Below, in pieces: positions 32,840 to 51,973 of a stretch of DNA of 64,000 nucleotides; within the stretch, counting starts at the first letter, position 1, and each line of letters starts with the position of its first letter. The DNA lies in assembly GCF_009914755.1 (NCBI RefSeq), contig NC_060926.1, one strand, 5' to 3'. The DNA comes from the human T2T-CHM13v2.0 reference genome, Homo sapiens. The notes under the pieces are model-generated. The model did not search any database and was not told where the DNA came from. It saw nothing but the letters and a program-made list of their open reading frames with translations. The position numbers and the translations under genes were made by a program.

Positions 32840-33066
32840 TTAAAACAAAGTTTAGACGATTGTCTACACTTATAAATATTTGTTGATTCAATAAGAAAGT
32901 TTCTATGGGCTGGTCGTCCTTAAGCTAGTTTTGAAGTCTGTGAAAACAGAGGTTATTTTTTATTTTTTGGGGATATGTTTATAAACCCTTTATAATCGTA
33001 TTTTCCGCTATCGTCTAAGACAAGCTTCAATATATACCCCAATCTTATGACCACAAATTTCCTTAA

Positions 33067-33243
<177 letters not shown>

Positions 33244-33720
33244 TAAGGAAAAAAATGTATTCATTGGCTCCAAAAGAGAGCACAGGGCAGTGTCTTACCT
33301 GATAAGCAAGCAGGCTGGGGACTTGCTATAGTTCTCTGAGGTTATCCAAATTATTCTCACTGGTGCTTCTAATATAAAGGTTCCCGAGGAGAACCTATGT
33401 AACTACTTAAGAGGAATTTTAGAGCAGAAAAACCGTTCTGGAGTTTTGGTGGGGGAGCAAGTGATGTTTGCCCACTGGCAATTCATCAGGATATTTTCCA
33501 TAGCATCTTCATTTGAAAACTGATTGTCTTTGCCAACGTGATCTAAAACTGAGTTTTGCATGCATGGAGGGAGACTTACATAGTTCAAGACATCTAGAAT
33601 ATTTCCTGTTAGGAATTAAATTATATTGACAAAATTCTTTGCAGTTCCTAAAGATTAGTCCATTGGATAGGGACAGGGAGGGGGAGCATATGATTGGGGT
33701 TGTGTTAAAAATTTTTTCTT

Positions 33721-34055
<335 letters not shown>

Positions 34056-34128
34056 TTAGACATTTTCTTTTAAAATAAGATGAAGGAAAGTTGCTGATGT
34101 GGAGATGCATATGTGTATTTGTTTCTAA

Positions 34129-34278
<150 letters not shown>

Positions 34279-34398
34279 TAGAAGATGTTCATATGTATAA
34301 ATAAAATGAGTAAAATACAATATGAAGATATAAATAGGATATAAGATATAAAATGAGTAAAATAGGAAATATCCATAATACTCTTTAAAATGTTTTCT

Positions 34399-34611
34399 GG
34401 CCAGGCGCAGTGGCTAATGCCTGTAATCCCAGCACTTTGGGAGGCCAAGGCAGGCAGATCACTTGAGGTCAGGAGTTCGATACCAGCCTGGCCAACATGG
34501 TGAAACCCCGTCTCTATTAAAAATACAAACATTAGCCGGGTGTGGTGGCATGTGGCTGTAATCCCAGCTACTCAGGAGGCTGAGGCACAAGACTCTGTCT
34601 CAAAAAAAAAA
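34399..34611 (+). mobile_element. Alu with internal right-arm deletion
   Basis: ggctgaggca joined directly to caagactctgtctc; TSD aaaatgttttc. Confidence 0.9.
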
Positions 34612-35760
34612 TGTTTTCCAAGAGCCACAAATGGAAAAAAATCTTATAATAATGTTAGGTGAATTAATTGAATTTTTTAAAACACAGAGAAAACAACTAG
34701 AAGGAAACTCACCAAAATGGTAATAGTGAATCTTGATTGTCAGATTTTAAAGACATTTTTGATACTTCTCAGTAAATGCCTGCACATTTCACATGTATAC
34801 ATTTCTTTTTTTTTTTAATAAGAAAGGAACTATTAAATCACAAATGGCTGATTTTCCCATAAACTCCAAAATAAATTATGGAAATTATTTTCCTTTAGGG
34901 AAAAAAATGCTGTTTCCCCTCAAAGAGGAAACACTCCAAAAAAATCTAGACGCTGAGAGCTCACACAATGACATAAGCCTGCCCACTGACAAGTACATGA
35001 AAGTCCTGTCCAGGATGGCATATGAGTAACCTGAGTCCCTGGATTCTCACATAGAACTGCAAGTTTTATGACAATTTCATGTTTGTTACAATATTCTTTA
35101 AAATGTTTGTCAAAAATAGCATCCTTGTTTTGGTGTTTCAGCTCTTGGATTAGTATGTCATCAGTGTTTATTATACATTAATTTTGCCCAAATATGAGAA
35201 TATTGATTTCAATTTATGAGTATTTGAAATGGAAAACATAATCTCATTTCTCCTGGAGTCTTAAGAATGGCTTTGAGTCCAATTTCTTGGTTTTCTTCCT
35301 AATGATCTGTGAAGTAAGGGAGTCTGCCTCACATTTGTACTTCATTCTTCTTGGACCCTGCATTAATAAATTACATCCCTACTTTGTAACTCTAGGTATT
35401 GACTCTCTGGAAGAAGACTGTTGACTGTGGGAACCAGAACTAGCCCAAGAGCTCCTTGAAAGTGGAGATTTACAATTTCACAATTGAATCTAATGAATCC
35501 CATGAACTAACTGCAAATTAAATATTGGTCAAATTAGGGTATGAAGGAACTCCCTGAATGCAGCCTTGCTTCACCGTGGCTTCCTCTTCTGAACCAGAGA
35601 TCACAGAAAGTGTGTTGACCCCTTTCTCAAGTCACCTACTATAAATGCATAAGAAGTTAATCCCTTGCATGCAATGGATGCTATAGGGCATTAAGACTTA
35701 ATTCTCTTAAGCAACCCCTGTTGAGAAAGGCTACCTGGGGTGCTGAAAACGTTCTATATC

Positions 35761-36225
<465 letters not shown>

Positions 36226-36437
36226 TGAAGAATTGCTGAATCAAAATCATGGCCCTACTAAACAACAAAATAGAGAAAGTTATTTTTTCAAATAGGAACC
36301 AATGTAATTTGATTTGGAACTTTTAAAAAATTGCTAATTTATCAGTTGGTTTTATTATCATTTAAATTTTCATAAAAGCATCTCTAGCTGGTTGAGAGAT
36401 AAGAGAGTTACTGCTCAGAATATTTCAATAAGACTAA

Positions 36438-36608
<171 letters not shown>

Positions 36609-37118
36609 TGACCATTAACTGGCCAGTTTGTATGCACTTATCTGGCAGAGCACTCTAGATGTAGAAATTATCAATATATTTGTAGATGATGAAGATATTA
36701 AATTTTTTAAATGTTTCTCTGGATCATCTTCCATTTTAGAAAGGAAAACATAAGGTGTCAGAATGCAGATTTCATCGTGATATCATCTTTAATGGTTTCA
36801 TAAATAATCAGAGTATTTAAAATGGGACAACTCTAGAAAGAAATGTGGTTAGCTATAAGAAAAACTATCAAAAGTAAAAACATCTAGATTTTTCTCTTTA
36901 TAGACAATCCCACAGTCTTCTGAAAAAGTGGAGGCTACATATCCTGAAGTATTATTAAACATAATCTTACAGAAAAGTCAGCAACTAGAGCTCAAAAAGG
37001 AAAGTTGATGACATGGTAGTGGCTGTGCAACAGGGACTTAGAGCCTCCATAACAGAGAGTCAATATCAGTGAAGATTTGGAAGCACTATATAGTAATAAC
37101 ACAATTTCTATGCTGTAG

Positions 37119-37313
<195 letters not shown>

Positions 37314-37531
37314 TAAAATGCAGCAAACTGAATGTGAAGGTGTTCTAGGCATGAAGAATTCTCCCATCCAATGTTCCTGCCCTACCTTTCTTCCTTCTTT
37401 CCTTCTTCCTTCCTTCTTTTTTAATGAGTGCCCTCTAGAAAAGGCATATTAATGGCAGTAAATATAGATCTGATTTAGGTGGAAAAAAAGTTAACAGAAG
37501 AATGATTGGTACAGCAATACCAAGACCTTAA

Positions 37532-37801
<270 letters not shown>

Positions 37802-38664
37802 TGAGAAATACTTCAGAAGTGTAAACCTTGCTGTTATGGGTTTGTTGCACACAGTAGTGTGTACCACCTATAAAGGAAGAAACTTGAAGTTAATATAGTG
37901 AGTTGCTTTGTGTCTTTTATGCAAGAAAAATATGAATGCTGAAGACAGAGATTGGTGTGTGTTTACATATATTTATATACATATTAAATTCTCAGAAAAC
38001 ATTTTACCTTTAATATTTTCATAAATATATTAAAGTGGTAAGTTTATCCTTATTATTAAAATAGGGTAAATGTATGCAATGATACCAGTTTAAAAACTTA
38101 TAAACTAAAATATGTAGTTGATTGTTTTACATACAATATAAAAGAAAAAACATGAAAATAAATCTAAATGATGCAGGCTAGATGTTCCAGATGATGGAAA
38201 ACTTTGTTTTTGGATCCTCTCCTCATCAGATCTGATGAACTGTTCCTGGAAAAATGTATTTAGAAATCAGTTAATGTCTGTGGTCTATCATACTGCTTAT
38301 ATGTTCACAAATAAATTTTTGACCAAGACCTTAACTGTTACAGTGGCATTATTATTTTTTCCAGAGGCATCCAGTGGCTTACCTCTATGCGAACGGCTCT
38401 GTATGTCTTCTGCAGGAAACAGAGTGAGCAGCACTCATAAGGTGCAGTCCCAGAATGTGTCTGCAGGACTAGAAAATAGATATAAAGACTACACTTGTAT
38501 TACTGCATAAATCATTGGAGCAGAGAATGTTAGAGCCAGAAGGGAGCTCAGAAATTTTACAGAGGGGACATTAAATACATACACACACACATGCGCACGC
38601 ATGCGTAAGTGTGCAGTTACCCCAAATCACAAAGCTAAATATTTACAGCCATAAAATATTTCTA

Positions 38665-39254
<590 letters not shown>

Positions 39255-39409
39255 TAAGGTGGCTCTGTCAACTGTACATAGGCATACGCTTTTTACTCTA
39301 TGCTTTTACTTAATATAAGGTTTTCCTTCTAAATTATTTGTAAGAAACCAGGGGCCATGGTGCAGGGAAACGGTGGCGGCAGGATGAACAATTACCCAGA
39401 ATGTGGCTA

Positions 39410-39830
39410 TTTTTGCTGTGTAATCCTTTTTATATACGACTACTATAATATACTTGCTAGTATTTTGTTGAGAATTTTTGCATTTATATTGAGAAGGGAT
39501 ATTGGTCTGTAGCGTTCTTGTGATGTCTTTGGTGTTGGTGTCAGAGTAATGCTGGTCTGATGGAACAAGCTGGGAAGTGTTTCCTCCTCTTGTATTTTCT
39601 GGAACAGTTTGTGAAGAATCGACGCTCTTTAAACATTTGGTAGAATTCACCAGTGAAGTTATCTGGGTCTGGGCATTTCTTTTTGGGAAGTCTCTAAATG
39701 ACTAATTCAATCTCTTCATTTCTTATAGGTATATTCAGGTTTTCTATTTCTTCTGGAGTCAGTTTTGGTATTCTGTTTCTCTAGAAACTTGTCCATTTTT
39801 ATAAGTTATCTGATTTGTTGTTGTTGTTCA
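39410..39830 (-). mobile_element. old L1M ORF2 fragment
   Basis: ttgctagtattttgttgagaatttttgcatt...ttggtagaattcaccagtgaag. Confidence 0.85.
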
Positions 39831-40428
39831 TCATATTTCTGTATAATTGTTTTAATTTCATGGCTATGTTTATTGTTTATATGTTTGGGGAGAATATTCT
39901 GTTCCCTCATGGCATAAGGACCTCACCGATCTCCCCTCTGGAAAAGAGCCTAAAACAACTTAATCGACACATTATCCTTTCATTCATGTTATTGGGCTAC
40001 TATCACATGCCAGCATTCTTCTAGGCCCTAGAGACACATCAGTCAGTGGACAAGTCTCCCCTTCTCATAGTAGAGGATCAATAATAGAAATATTTAAAAT
40101 CTAAGTTCAATTTGAGACAAGTGTTATGAAGAAAATAAAGTGAAGGGATAGAATAGAAAGTGACTGGTCAGGGGCTGGGAGGATGGAATGCTCCAAAACT
40201 TCCACATATGCTATCCTCATCCATGAATATGATTTGCTACCAATCACTTCCACATAGGTGAGTTTAAAAGACCACTTACCGACCCATCTCCTAGACTAAT
40301 ACAGTAATTGTACTATGTACAGAGGCCATTTTTTCAACTCCCAATCTCTGCTTCTAAGTATAATTTATTTTAGTATATGGAATATTTTGCTTTTCTCACT
40401 CTGTACAACACGTGCTGCTTTGTGTTAA

Positions 40429-40536
<108 letters not shown>

Positions 40537-40863
40537 TGATAGAGTGTCTTTCTAAATAGCAGGAAGCATAAACAATGTTCATTTATTTTGCAGCAAAAAA
40601 AGTTATGTTTCATTGGAGGGAAAAATAGTTCTGAGAGAGCAACAGTATTTGATTTTGCTGTTTTCTATGTTCCTTTTCTCCATTTGAATGGAATCCTGTT
40701 TTCTGTAGGCTTACACCACTACCCTTATGAGGCTGCCTGCCTGGGGAAACTATTTATCAAGTTCTCAGCACTGTTAGCCTTTTTTGTTTGATTTGTTCTG
40801 TTTTATAGTAAGCACTGCCAACTTTTTAATCCCTATGAACTACCTGAAGAATTAAGGACCTGA

Positions 40864-41106
<243 letters not shown>

Positions 41107-41919
41107 TAAGGACAGTGAGGGCCAGTGTTTAGTTACCTGCCCATCACACAGCCGGTTGGTGGCTGAGCAGGCCTTAGAACTGAGTCACCTTCCACGACAT
41201 GTTGCCTCCTCGATGTGTAACATTTTTATTTCTAAGTTAATTCTGCATTTTAATTTGCTATATTTAAATCATCAGCAGTCAGTTTTTAAATTATAAGCCT
41301 CAAAACTCCCTCTTTGCCAAGTATGGGGAAAATTAAACCCTTAAAAAAATTCCACATTAAAAAACTTTTCTGGCTGATGTTGAAACCTCCATCTCAAATT
41401 CAACTTTATTCTGTAGACTACCAGAATAATATTTTCTGATTCTATCTAAAAACTTCTTCTCCTGTTCAAAATCCTTTGGAGAATAATTACTAAAAAGAAA
41501 TGCTTCAATGAAAATTTAACCCTTTAGAAAGACTGTTGTTAGATGTGGCTACTAGGCTAAAATTCAAACCCATTCACATTATTTCAAGTTATTTGGGCCC
41601 TTTTTATGGCAGTTTTCATGATATGATCAATACGACCAATATAAAACCAAATTTTCAGAAGCCCTCCCTTGCAGTCTTCTTGACCAAATGTAATCCCAAG
41701 CAACTTTAGAAAAACAGAGAACTGCTGGGTAAAATATTACATTTGCAGATCAGACTCTCATAGCAGGAAAGGAATAAAAGAAAAATGTATCATGGCAAGA
41801 AAGGAAAAAAGAAAAATGTGTTTGCAGTTGCAAAACCATGTTAAGTTTTGAGATATTTGAAATGACTTTTGAGAAATGAGACTGTGTTCAACAAATATTT
41901 ATATGCATGGCACATGAGG

Positions 41920-41950
41920 ATGTAACAAACCTTCACATGTACTGCCAAAC

Positions 41951-41980
<30 letters not shown>
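41920..41980 (+). mobile_element. extremely truncated L1 3' terminus with A28
   Basis: atgtaacaaaccttcacatgtactgccaaaccta followed by poly-A resembles the L1P 3' end. Confidence 0.55.
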
Positions 41981-41985
<5 letters not shown>

Positions 41986-42779
41986 CACAGGGTGCTGTAG
42001 ACTACAATATAAAGGCTGACTAACTGGCAAGTTAGGAAGTAAAGGCCTTCTATGTACATAGTCCTCATCTAACCTGGTGTTGAAGAGACACTTTAGTTCT
42101 GGTACAAAAAGAATATTGCATTTCATTTTTAGCAATGAAAAAGAAAGTAATGCGACTTTTATAAAACTCTGCTAGGACTAGTCTAAGCCAAGATATGAAA
42201 AAAAAAAATACTGGCACCAATCTCCAGTCCTCATAAACTGTCTGCATAGACACCACTTCACTAGACTATTTTAGATTATTTAAGTAGTGTTAGAAACATT
42301 TTGGAAAAAATATGAATAGCATATCTCTGCCTACATAAGCAGAAATTTGGCGCTCACAGTATAAATGCGCAGTGAGTACTAATTTGCAATTGAAGAATTC
42401 CTTTTGTAAAGTACAGAAGGACACATGATATGGGGCTATTTCTATACTTCCAACAAAACTCTTTTACTCACCCTAAGTACAGTATGCATCGAGGCTGTTC
42501 TGTATGTTTTCTTTAGGCTTTTCAAATGCATAACCAAGGGACACAGATTGAAGAACAACAAAAAAAGAACCTGTATCTAGGCCTCCCTAATTTCAATATG
42601 ATCCATTTATTTTTCTAAATCTGAATTTCTGACTTAAAGCTATTCACTTCAAATGTGGAAGAGATATTGAATATACAGAGAAGCACAATAACAAGTCACT
42701 ATCCTCTCCACAAGGAGGCTGCGTGGCAGACTTAGGCATATGTAGAAAAAGATAATAAAGACGCGAGGTGCAAATTAGC

Positions 42780-43330
<551 letters not shown>

Positions 43331-43704
43331 AGAGCTCTGTAGGAGTTGAGGGAAGTAGAAAATACAGCAACTAAGATAGTCAGTGAAACCTCCATAAAAG
43401 AGGACTTAAATGTTGAATAAGATTCAGATGAACAAATAAAATTCTTGGCTTAAAATCTTTCCAAGGCTCCCTGTGCTTTGAGAAGTGAAACTTCTTGGAC
43501 TGACATACAAGTTTATTCACCACTTGCACTTGGCCTGTCTCTCCAGCCACATGACATTTATGTACTCAATAATTACCTTTTACTTAATAATACCTATGGA
43601 CTAGGCATTTTGCTATGCCTTGATTATACAGAGGTGAACAAAGCAGACTTTAGTTTCCTAGTCATGATGAAAGTTACGGTTTAGTGGGGGAAAGAGACAT
43701 AATG

Positions 43705-44199
<495 letters not shown>

Positions 44200-44779
44200 A
44201 AACACTGAAGTAAACAAACAGACTAAACAGTATATATCTTTTTAGATTGCAATCAATGACATAAAAGGAAAAAATGAAAGTTGTAAAACAAAACAATCTA
44301 ACTCCCTGATACTCATCACTCCTTTCTACATGCTATTTTACTCTCTGGGAATCCTGTCTCATTCCAGACCTTCTTCACCCAATTAGTTTTCATTTGGTCT
44401 TCAAGACTGAGCTAAAAAATACCACCTCTTTCAGAAATTCTTCCCTGTAGTATATTGTGCCCAACTCTAGTATAGAGTTTATCTTCCTGGATGATAATTA
44501 TTTGTTTACTTGCCTGTCTCCCCAGTTAAACACTAAAAACCTGGGGAAAGAGAACATGATGATTTATCTCTCTGGTGCTCAGCACAAGACCTATTTATTA
44601 ATTAGATGCTCCATCCATATGTGAATGAATAAGTACATATGCAGGAAAAGAGCCAAGGGAAGTGAATCTGCTTGAGAAAAAGCACAAAGGCAGGCTATAG
44701 ACAGATTGCAGAATGCTTCATGCTGCCGAAAGAGTTTGCAATTTACTCTGTAAGTAATAGAGATTCAGTGACTATTTAT

Positions 44780-45086
<307 letters not shown>

Positions 45087-45599
45087 TGAACAGGAGAAGA
45101 GTATGATCAAAGTCATGTTTTAGGGAAAGTGGAATGGTTTCCTGGGACGTTTATGAGCTTTCCAGCTGGGCAGAACTGGATTCAAATCCAAGTGTTATTA
45201 ACTGATTGACACTGTGATTCTGGCCTTTGACTTACCTAATACTTTATAAATTATAATTTTAATACATGGATTGAGAATAGAATCATCTAGATGAGAATAC
45301 TGTAGTGGATAACACTTTGTCTTTACTATTAAAAAATGAAGAGGTATTTAGGCTGCTAATTCTTAAAATGTTGTTTTAAAGAGTACATATTAAGATCATT
45401 GCTAGTGTTCATTGAGGAATAACTTATGCCAGGCACTGTGCTAATGCTTGACGCATATTATTTCATTTAATCCTCTTCTTTAAGAGACAGAAGCCCAAAT
45501 CCGCCCATGCTCTTAACATATATGCTATATGCTGTACTACAGTAATATGCCATCGGTTTAAACCAGGATGTGGATGGGTCTGACAAAATTTTAACATGA

Positions 45600-46060
<461 letters not shown>

Positions 46061-46584
46061 TAAATTAACTAAAAGAAGGTGTTGATAGTTGGCGTGTCGT
46101 TAACTAACATACATTAAACTACAAATAGTTCCATTTTGTCCTCAAAATTTCATTCTGAAATTGCTGATATGTATTATAAATTATAATGTATCACTATATC
46201 ACATATCAGAGATGAAAATTAGAGAATGCTTTAGAAGTTTTCAGGTTTGCATCTTTCTTTTTTAAAACAAGTAACTGAGTTTACAAAATAATTTTTAAAT
46301 AATTAAAGTATCCCACCATTCCTACAACCACCTCAGTAACAAAATATATGACATGGCAATAACACTTCAGGATGCAGTTGGAAATGTATTACCATATGTT
46401 TGCAGGAGCCCACTTTTTTCCCGCTGGTGTTGGTCCTAGGATGATTTTAGTGTTTGAAACCCAGGTCTGCTAACGAGAATCTAACTTTCTTTAGTTTTCC
46501 ATGTTCCAGGTCCCTAGTTCCCTCTTATTTGAAGGAAAAAGGACAGCTAGACAAGTGCCCAAACCAGCCGGTCTGGCTGTTCTG

Positions 46585-46652
46585 CATTCATTCATGCATG
46601 CAAGCAACAAGTATTTATTAAACACATACTATGTCCAGGAACTGTGCAGGGC
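46585..46652 (-). mobile_element. L2 3' terminus next to the exon-36 acceptor
   Basis: cattcattc...aacaagtatttattaaacacatactatgtccagg. Confidence 0.6.
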
Positions 46653-46657
46653 AATAA

Positions 46658-46774
<117 letters not shown>

Positions 46775-46871
46775 TAAGGTCCTGTTATGAGCCCACAAGC
46801 TCATGATGGGTGAGGACTCCAGATTTTCTGTGTTGTGTACTGTTTTGGTTTTCCACTTGGTAGAAAGCTTA

Positions 46872-47273
<402 letters not shown>

Positions 47274-47366
47274 TTATATAATAATCATCTATTGTAACTA
47301 CCTGATGCAGTTGCAATTCTGAAAAAGCCATTCTTGGGAGAAAGCTTATGTAAAACTGAAAAGTAG

Positions 47367-47699
<333 letters not shown>

Positions 47700-47959
47700 T
47701 AAAATCCTATCTCCACAACAGAGGATGCTTGTCTGTCACAGAGCTGTCAACTTCTGAGAGCCTCTTTCAGTCACCAAGGAATTTCTCACACTGTCTCTGC
47801 AATTTAGGTGTGCTGCCAGAAGAAGGCAGTGATTACAGGCCCATACAATCAGATAGGACAGTGGGTTTTTTCTTGTGATACAAAGTGGCCCATTTCTGCT
47901 GTACTCATCTCAGACTTAGAAAAATAAATTTCCAAACCTTCTAATAAAAAACACTTGTC

Positions 47960-48437
<478 letters not shown>

Positions 48438-49524
48438 TCAAATTGAGGTTGGATGTTAAAGCCCTTACTACTGTATTATACAAAGCAGCAACCAGATGTT
48501 TCAATAGGGCTTGGCTGCTTTCTTAGGTTTATTCTCTTCCCAATTTTCTGAGTACAGCTCTCACACTAAAAGCCAGAGATAGACCACTAGAGAATGATTA
48601 ATAGAAGTTCCTATAAGCAGAAGTTGCTAACGTGGGATTCCATGGACCACTGGGAAAATCTATGGGATCCCAAGAAGCCCAGCAACCTCTTGAAACTAAA
48701 TGCAAAATGTTTGAAAATGTTTTTGTAGGGTAGAGTCTATTTTTCAGATTTAGATTTTTAGATTTTCAACAGTATATGTATGACTCCAATATATAAAAAG
48801 TATTACTTAGGGAACCTTCTCCCTCTTTTTGGAGACAATAAAATACCACCTTTCCTAAATATTTCCACCAGCTATAGTCTCCAGTAGTAACTGCTAAAAC
48901 AAGAAAAAAACTTAGACACTACACAGACCCAAGAAAGCAACTGTTTACTACTTGGAGCACAGACAAATGTCTTTGTTCTTTATATTTAGATTAAGTCCTC
49001 AGAAAACCTGAGATTGCTTCCACTGAGATATTTGCTCAACGAAAAATCCTATTTGACTTCACACTCAATTAACTGATAGTTTCATTTAGATTTAAAGTTT
49101 TCACAGGTAACCACCAGAATAAATTTTTAGAACTGTGCATTGAACACAAAATGAGCTGGTTTTATCATGTCAGCAAAATGAGAGTAACAGAGTAGTATAT
49201 TTTAATTGGCTACCATAGAAATTTTGTAAATCTTTATCAAACCTATATGTTCGGGTTTGTCGTAAAACTGAAGTGAAGATTTAATGAACACTAAATCATT
49301 GGAAGGTTTTTAAAACATGTGATTGACATATGTGCATGCATAGCATTTGTAGGATACATCTTTATTTAGTCTATTTCTTTCTTACTCCCAGCTACTCATC
49401 ACAATTTGTAATTATATATTTGTGTGATTATTTAATATCTATCTCCTTACTGGTCTCTGAAGCTCCATGAAGGCAGGGACTGTGTATGTCATAAATCTAT
49501 ATAGGTTACCATTATATCCTGGTA

Positions 49525-49698
49525 AAAGCCGGCTTCCTGGGTATGCTACCAGTGCAGTCACAGAAATCCTGTGCTAAGAAGGGCCTCCACACTTGGTCTG
49601 ACGCTATGCTGTTGCTGTCTTGAAATTCACTTTAAAAAGTTTTAAGGGAAACTGCATTTTCATTTTGCACTGGGCCCCATAAACCATGTGGCCGTCTT
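49525..49698. mobile_element. MER45A-like hAT element inside an L2 remnant
   Basis: gccggcttcctgggtatgc...gctgtcttgaaattc...gcattttcattttgcactgggcccc. Confidence 0.6.
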
Positions 49699-49827
49699 AT
49701 TCCCAGCACCTATCACAGTGCTGGCAGATAGCAGATACTAATATGAATTGATGAATGAATGAAAAAATTAGTGAATAAAGTTTATGCTGAATTCTTACCA
49801 CATATCCTGCTTATATGAGAATTTTAA

Positions 49828-49983
<156 letters not shown>

Positions 49984-50273
49984 TGAGTTTACAATTCTAA
50001 AAGCTGGAAGCATTACTCAGAGTATAGCCCTCCTGAAATCATTGTGGTAAACAGAAAGCTATTTATACTTTTATGCTGCAGTTGCTTTTATTCAACTTTG
50101 AACTTCAAATTCTAACACACTAAGAGAATTCATTAAGAGAGCCCAATTTTACTAATCAGCCCATTTGGACTGAAATACAAAAATATGTTCCTATAAAAAA
50201 CACTTTTGAAGAACTGCCTCAACAAATTCAGCCCAAGGATACAAAATGTTAGCCGTTATACAATCATAATGTT

Positions 50274-50691
50274 TGTATTAGTTTGTCCAGGCTTCCATAG
50301 TGAATTCCACAGACTAGGTGGCTTAAACTACACTTGATGTTAGCCAAAAGGCTGAGAAGCGATTAGGTGGCTTAAACTACAGATGTTTATTTTCTCACAG
50401 TTCCAGCAGCTCCGAGTCTGTGATCAAGCTGTCGGCAGCGTTGGTTTCTTGTGGGGCCCCTGTTCTTGGCTTGTGGATGGCTATCTTCTTCCAGTGTTTT
50501 CCAAGTGTCTGAATCTTCTTTTCTTATAAAGACACCACTCACATTGGATTAGGGCCCACCCTACTGACCTCATTTTAATTTAATTACCTCTTTACCAGCC
50601 CTATCCCCAAATACAGAGTCATGTTCCGAAGTACTGAAGGTTAGGACTTCAGCATATGAATTTGGGGACAACACAATTCAAACTACAACAC
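50274..50691 (-). mobile_element. MLT1-type MaLR solo LTR
   Basis: tgtattagtttgtccagg...tatgaatttggggacaacacaattcaaactacaaca. Confidence 0.8.
50327..50363 (-). pseudogene. 3'-truncated (tailless) U2 snRNA retropseudogene, U2 nt 1-37
   Basis: Reverse complement ATCGCTTCTCAGCCTTTTGGCTAACATCAAGTGTAGT vs U2 ATCGCTTCTCGGCCTTTTGGCTAAGATCAAGTGTAGT (35/37); 18-bp TSD. Confidence 0.92.
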
Positions 50692-51113
50692 TGTGCTGTG
50701 ACTCTTTTTCGAACCCATTTCTGGATTGAATTTTGGCTTTCTGGCTTATTAGCTTACAATTCAGGTTTAGGGTTTTGTTTTATTAAAAACAACTGTGAAA
50801 CTATCGGGTTGCAGATTCAGGTCTTACTTAAATACAATAAACTACCTGTTCAAATACAGAAAGTTTCAATAAATTTGCATTTAACTCGCAATTAAAATAA
50901 AATCGCATATTGAGTGGTGCTTGTGGTTGGTGTACACACATCTTTGAAAGTGATTAGACACATCTCTGCACTGGTTCTCCAGGAAAATTGCAGCCTGGAC
51001 AAAACCATGGGGTGACCTTGCAACAAGAGAGCTTCCTTAAGGCCAGCGTGAGCATGGTTGACTATAAAAACAGACCGTTTCAGTCACTGTTGTAATCATT
51101 TATCTTTTGGTGA

Positions 51114-51323
<210 letters not shown>

Positions 51324-51565
51324 TAGCTCCTAGTTACTCAGTATCCAGACAAAAATGCAAAAAAAATGGGGTTAGATATTTCTATCTATTTAATTCAAAT
51401 ATTTGGCAACCTATTCCAAACTGATAATCCTCATGATAATAGTAATCTGTATGTGGTTTTCCCTGGGAACATAGCTTCACATAGCTACAGTTCTGAAAAA
51501 CAGCCTGTTTAACACAATTCCACACATCTCCCTGGTATTCCCATTAGGCCACTGGCAAGAAATAA

Positions 51566-51748
<183 letters not shown>

Positions 51749-51925
51749 TAGTTTTATTTTGGATAGAATCATTAGTAACAGTGTAATCCTTTGCTGCTCT
51801 AAAGATTTTTCTCTGATAGAACTGATTATCTTTAACATGTTTTCGGTGTGTACTAAACTTTTCTCATAGACATATAATGTAATGAAATTGACCAATTATT
51901 AACATGCCAAGATTATCTCTTTCAG

Positions 51926-51973
51926 GTTTATTGAGGGCCCCTCCAGGCCCAAGAGGGAACCCTGGTGCTCAAG
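51926..51973 (+). CDS. COL4A3: exon 41 (48 nt)
   Basis: cag|(G)LLRAPPGPRGNPGAQ(G)|gtaagc. Confidence 0.97.

Noticed and set aside
38578-38607. Alternating purine-pyrimidine tract (possible Z-DNA)
   Set aside because: Short degenerate microsatellite with no supporting context.
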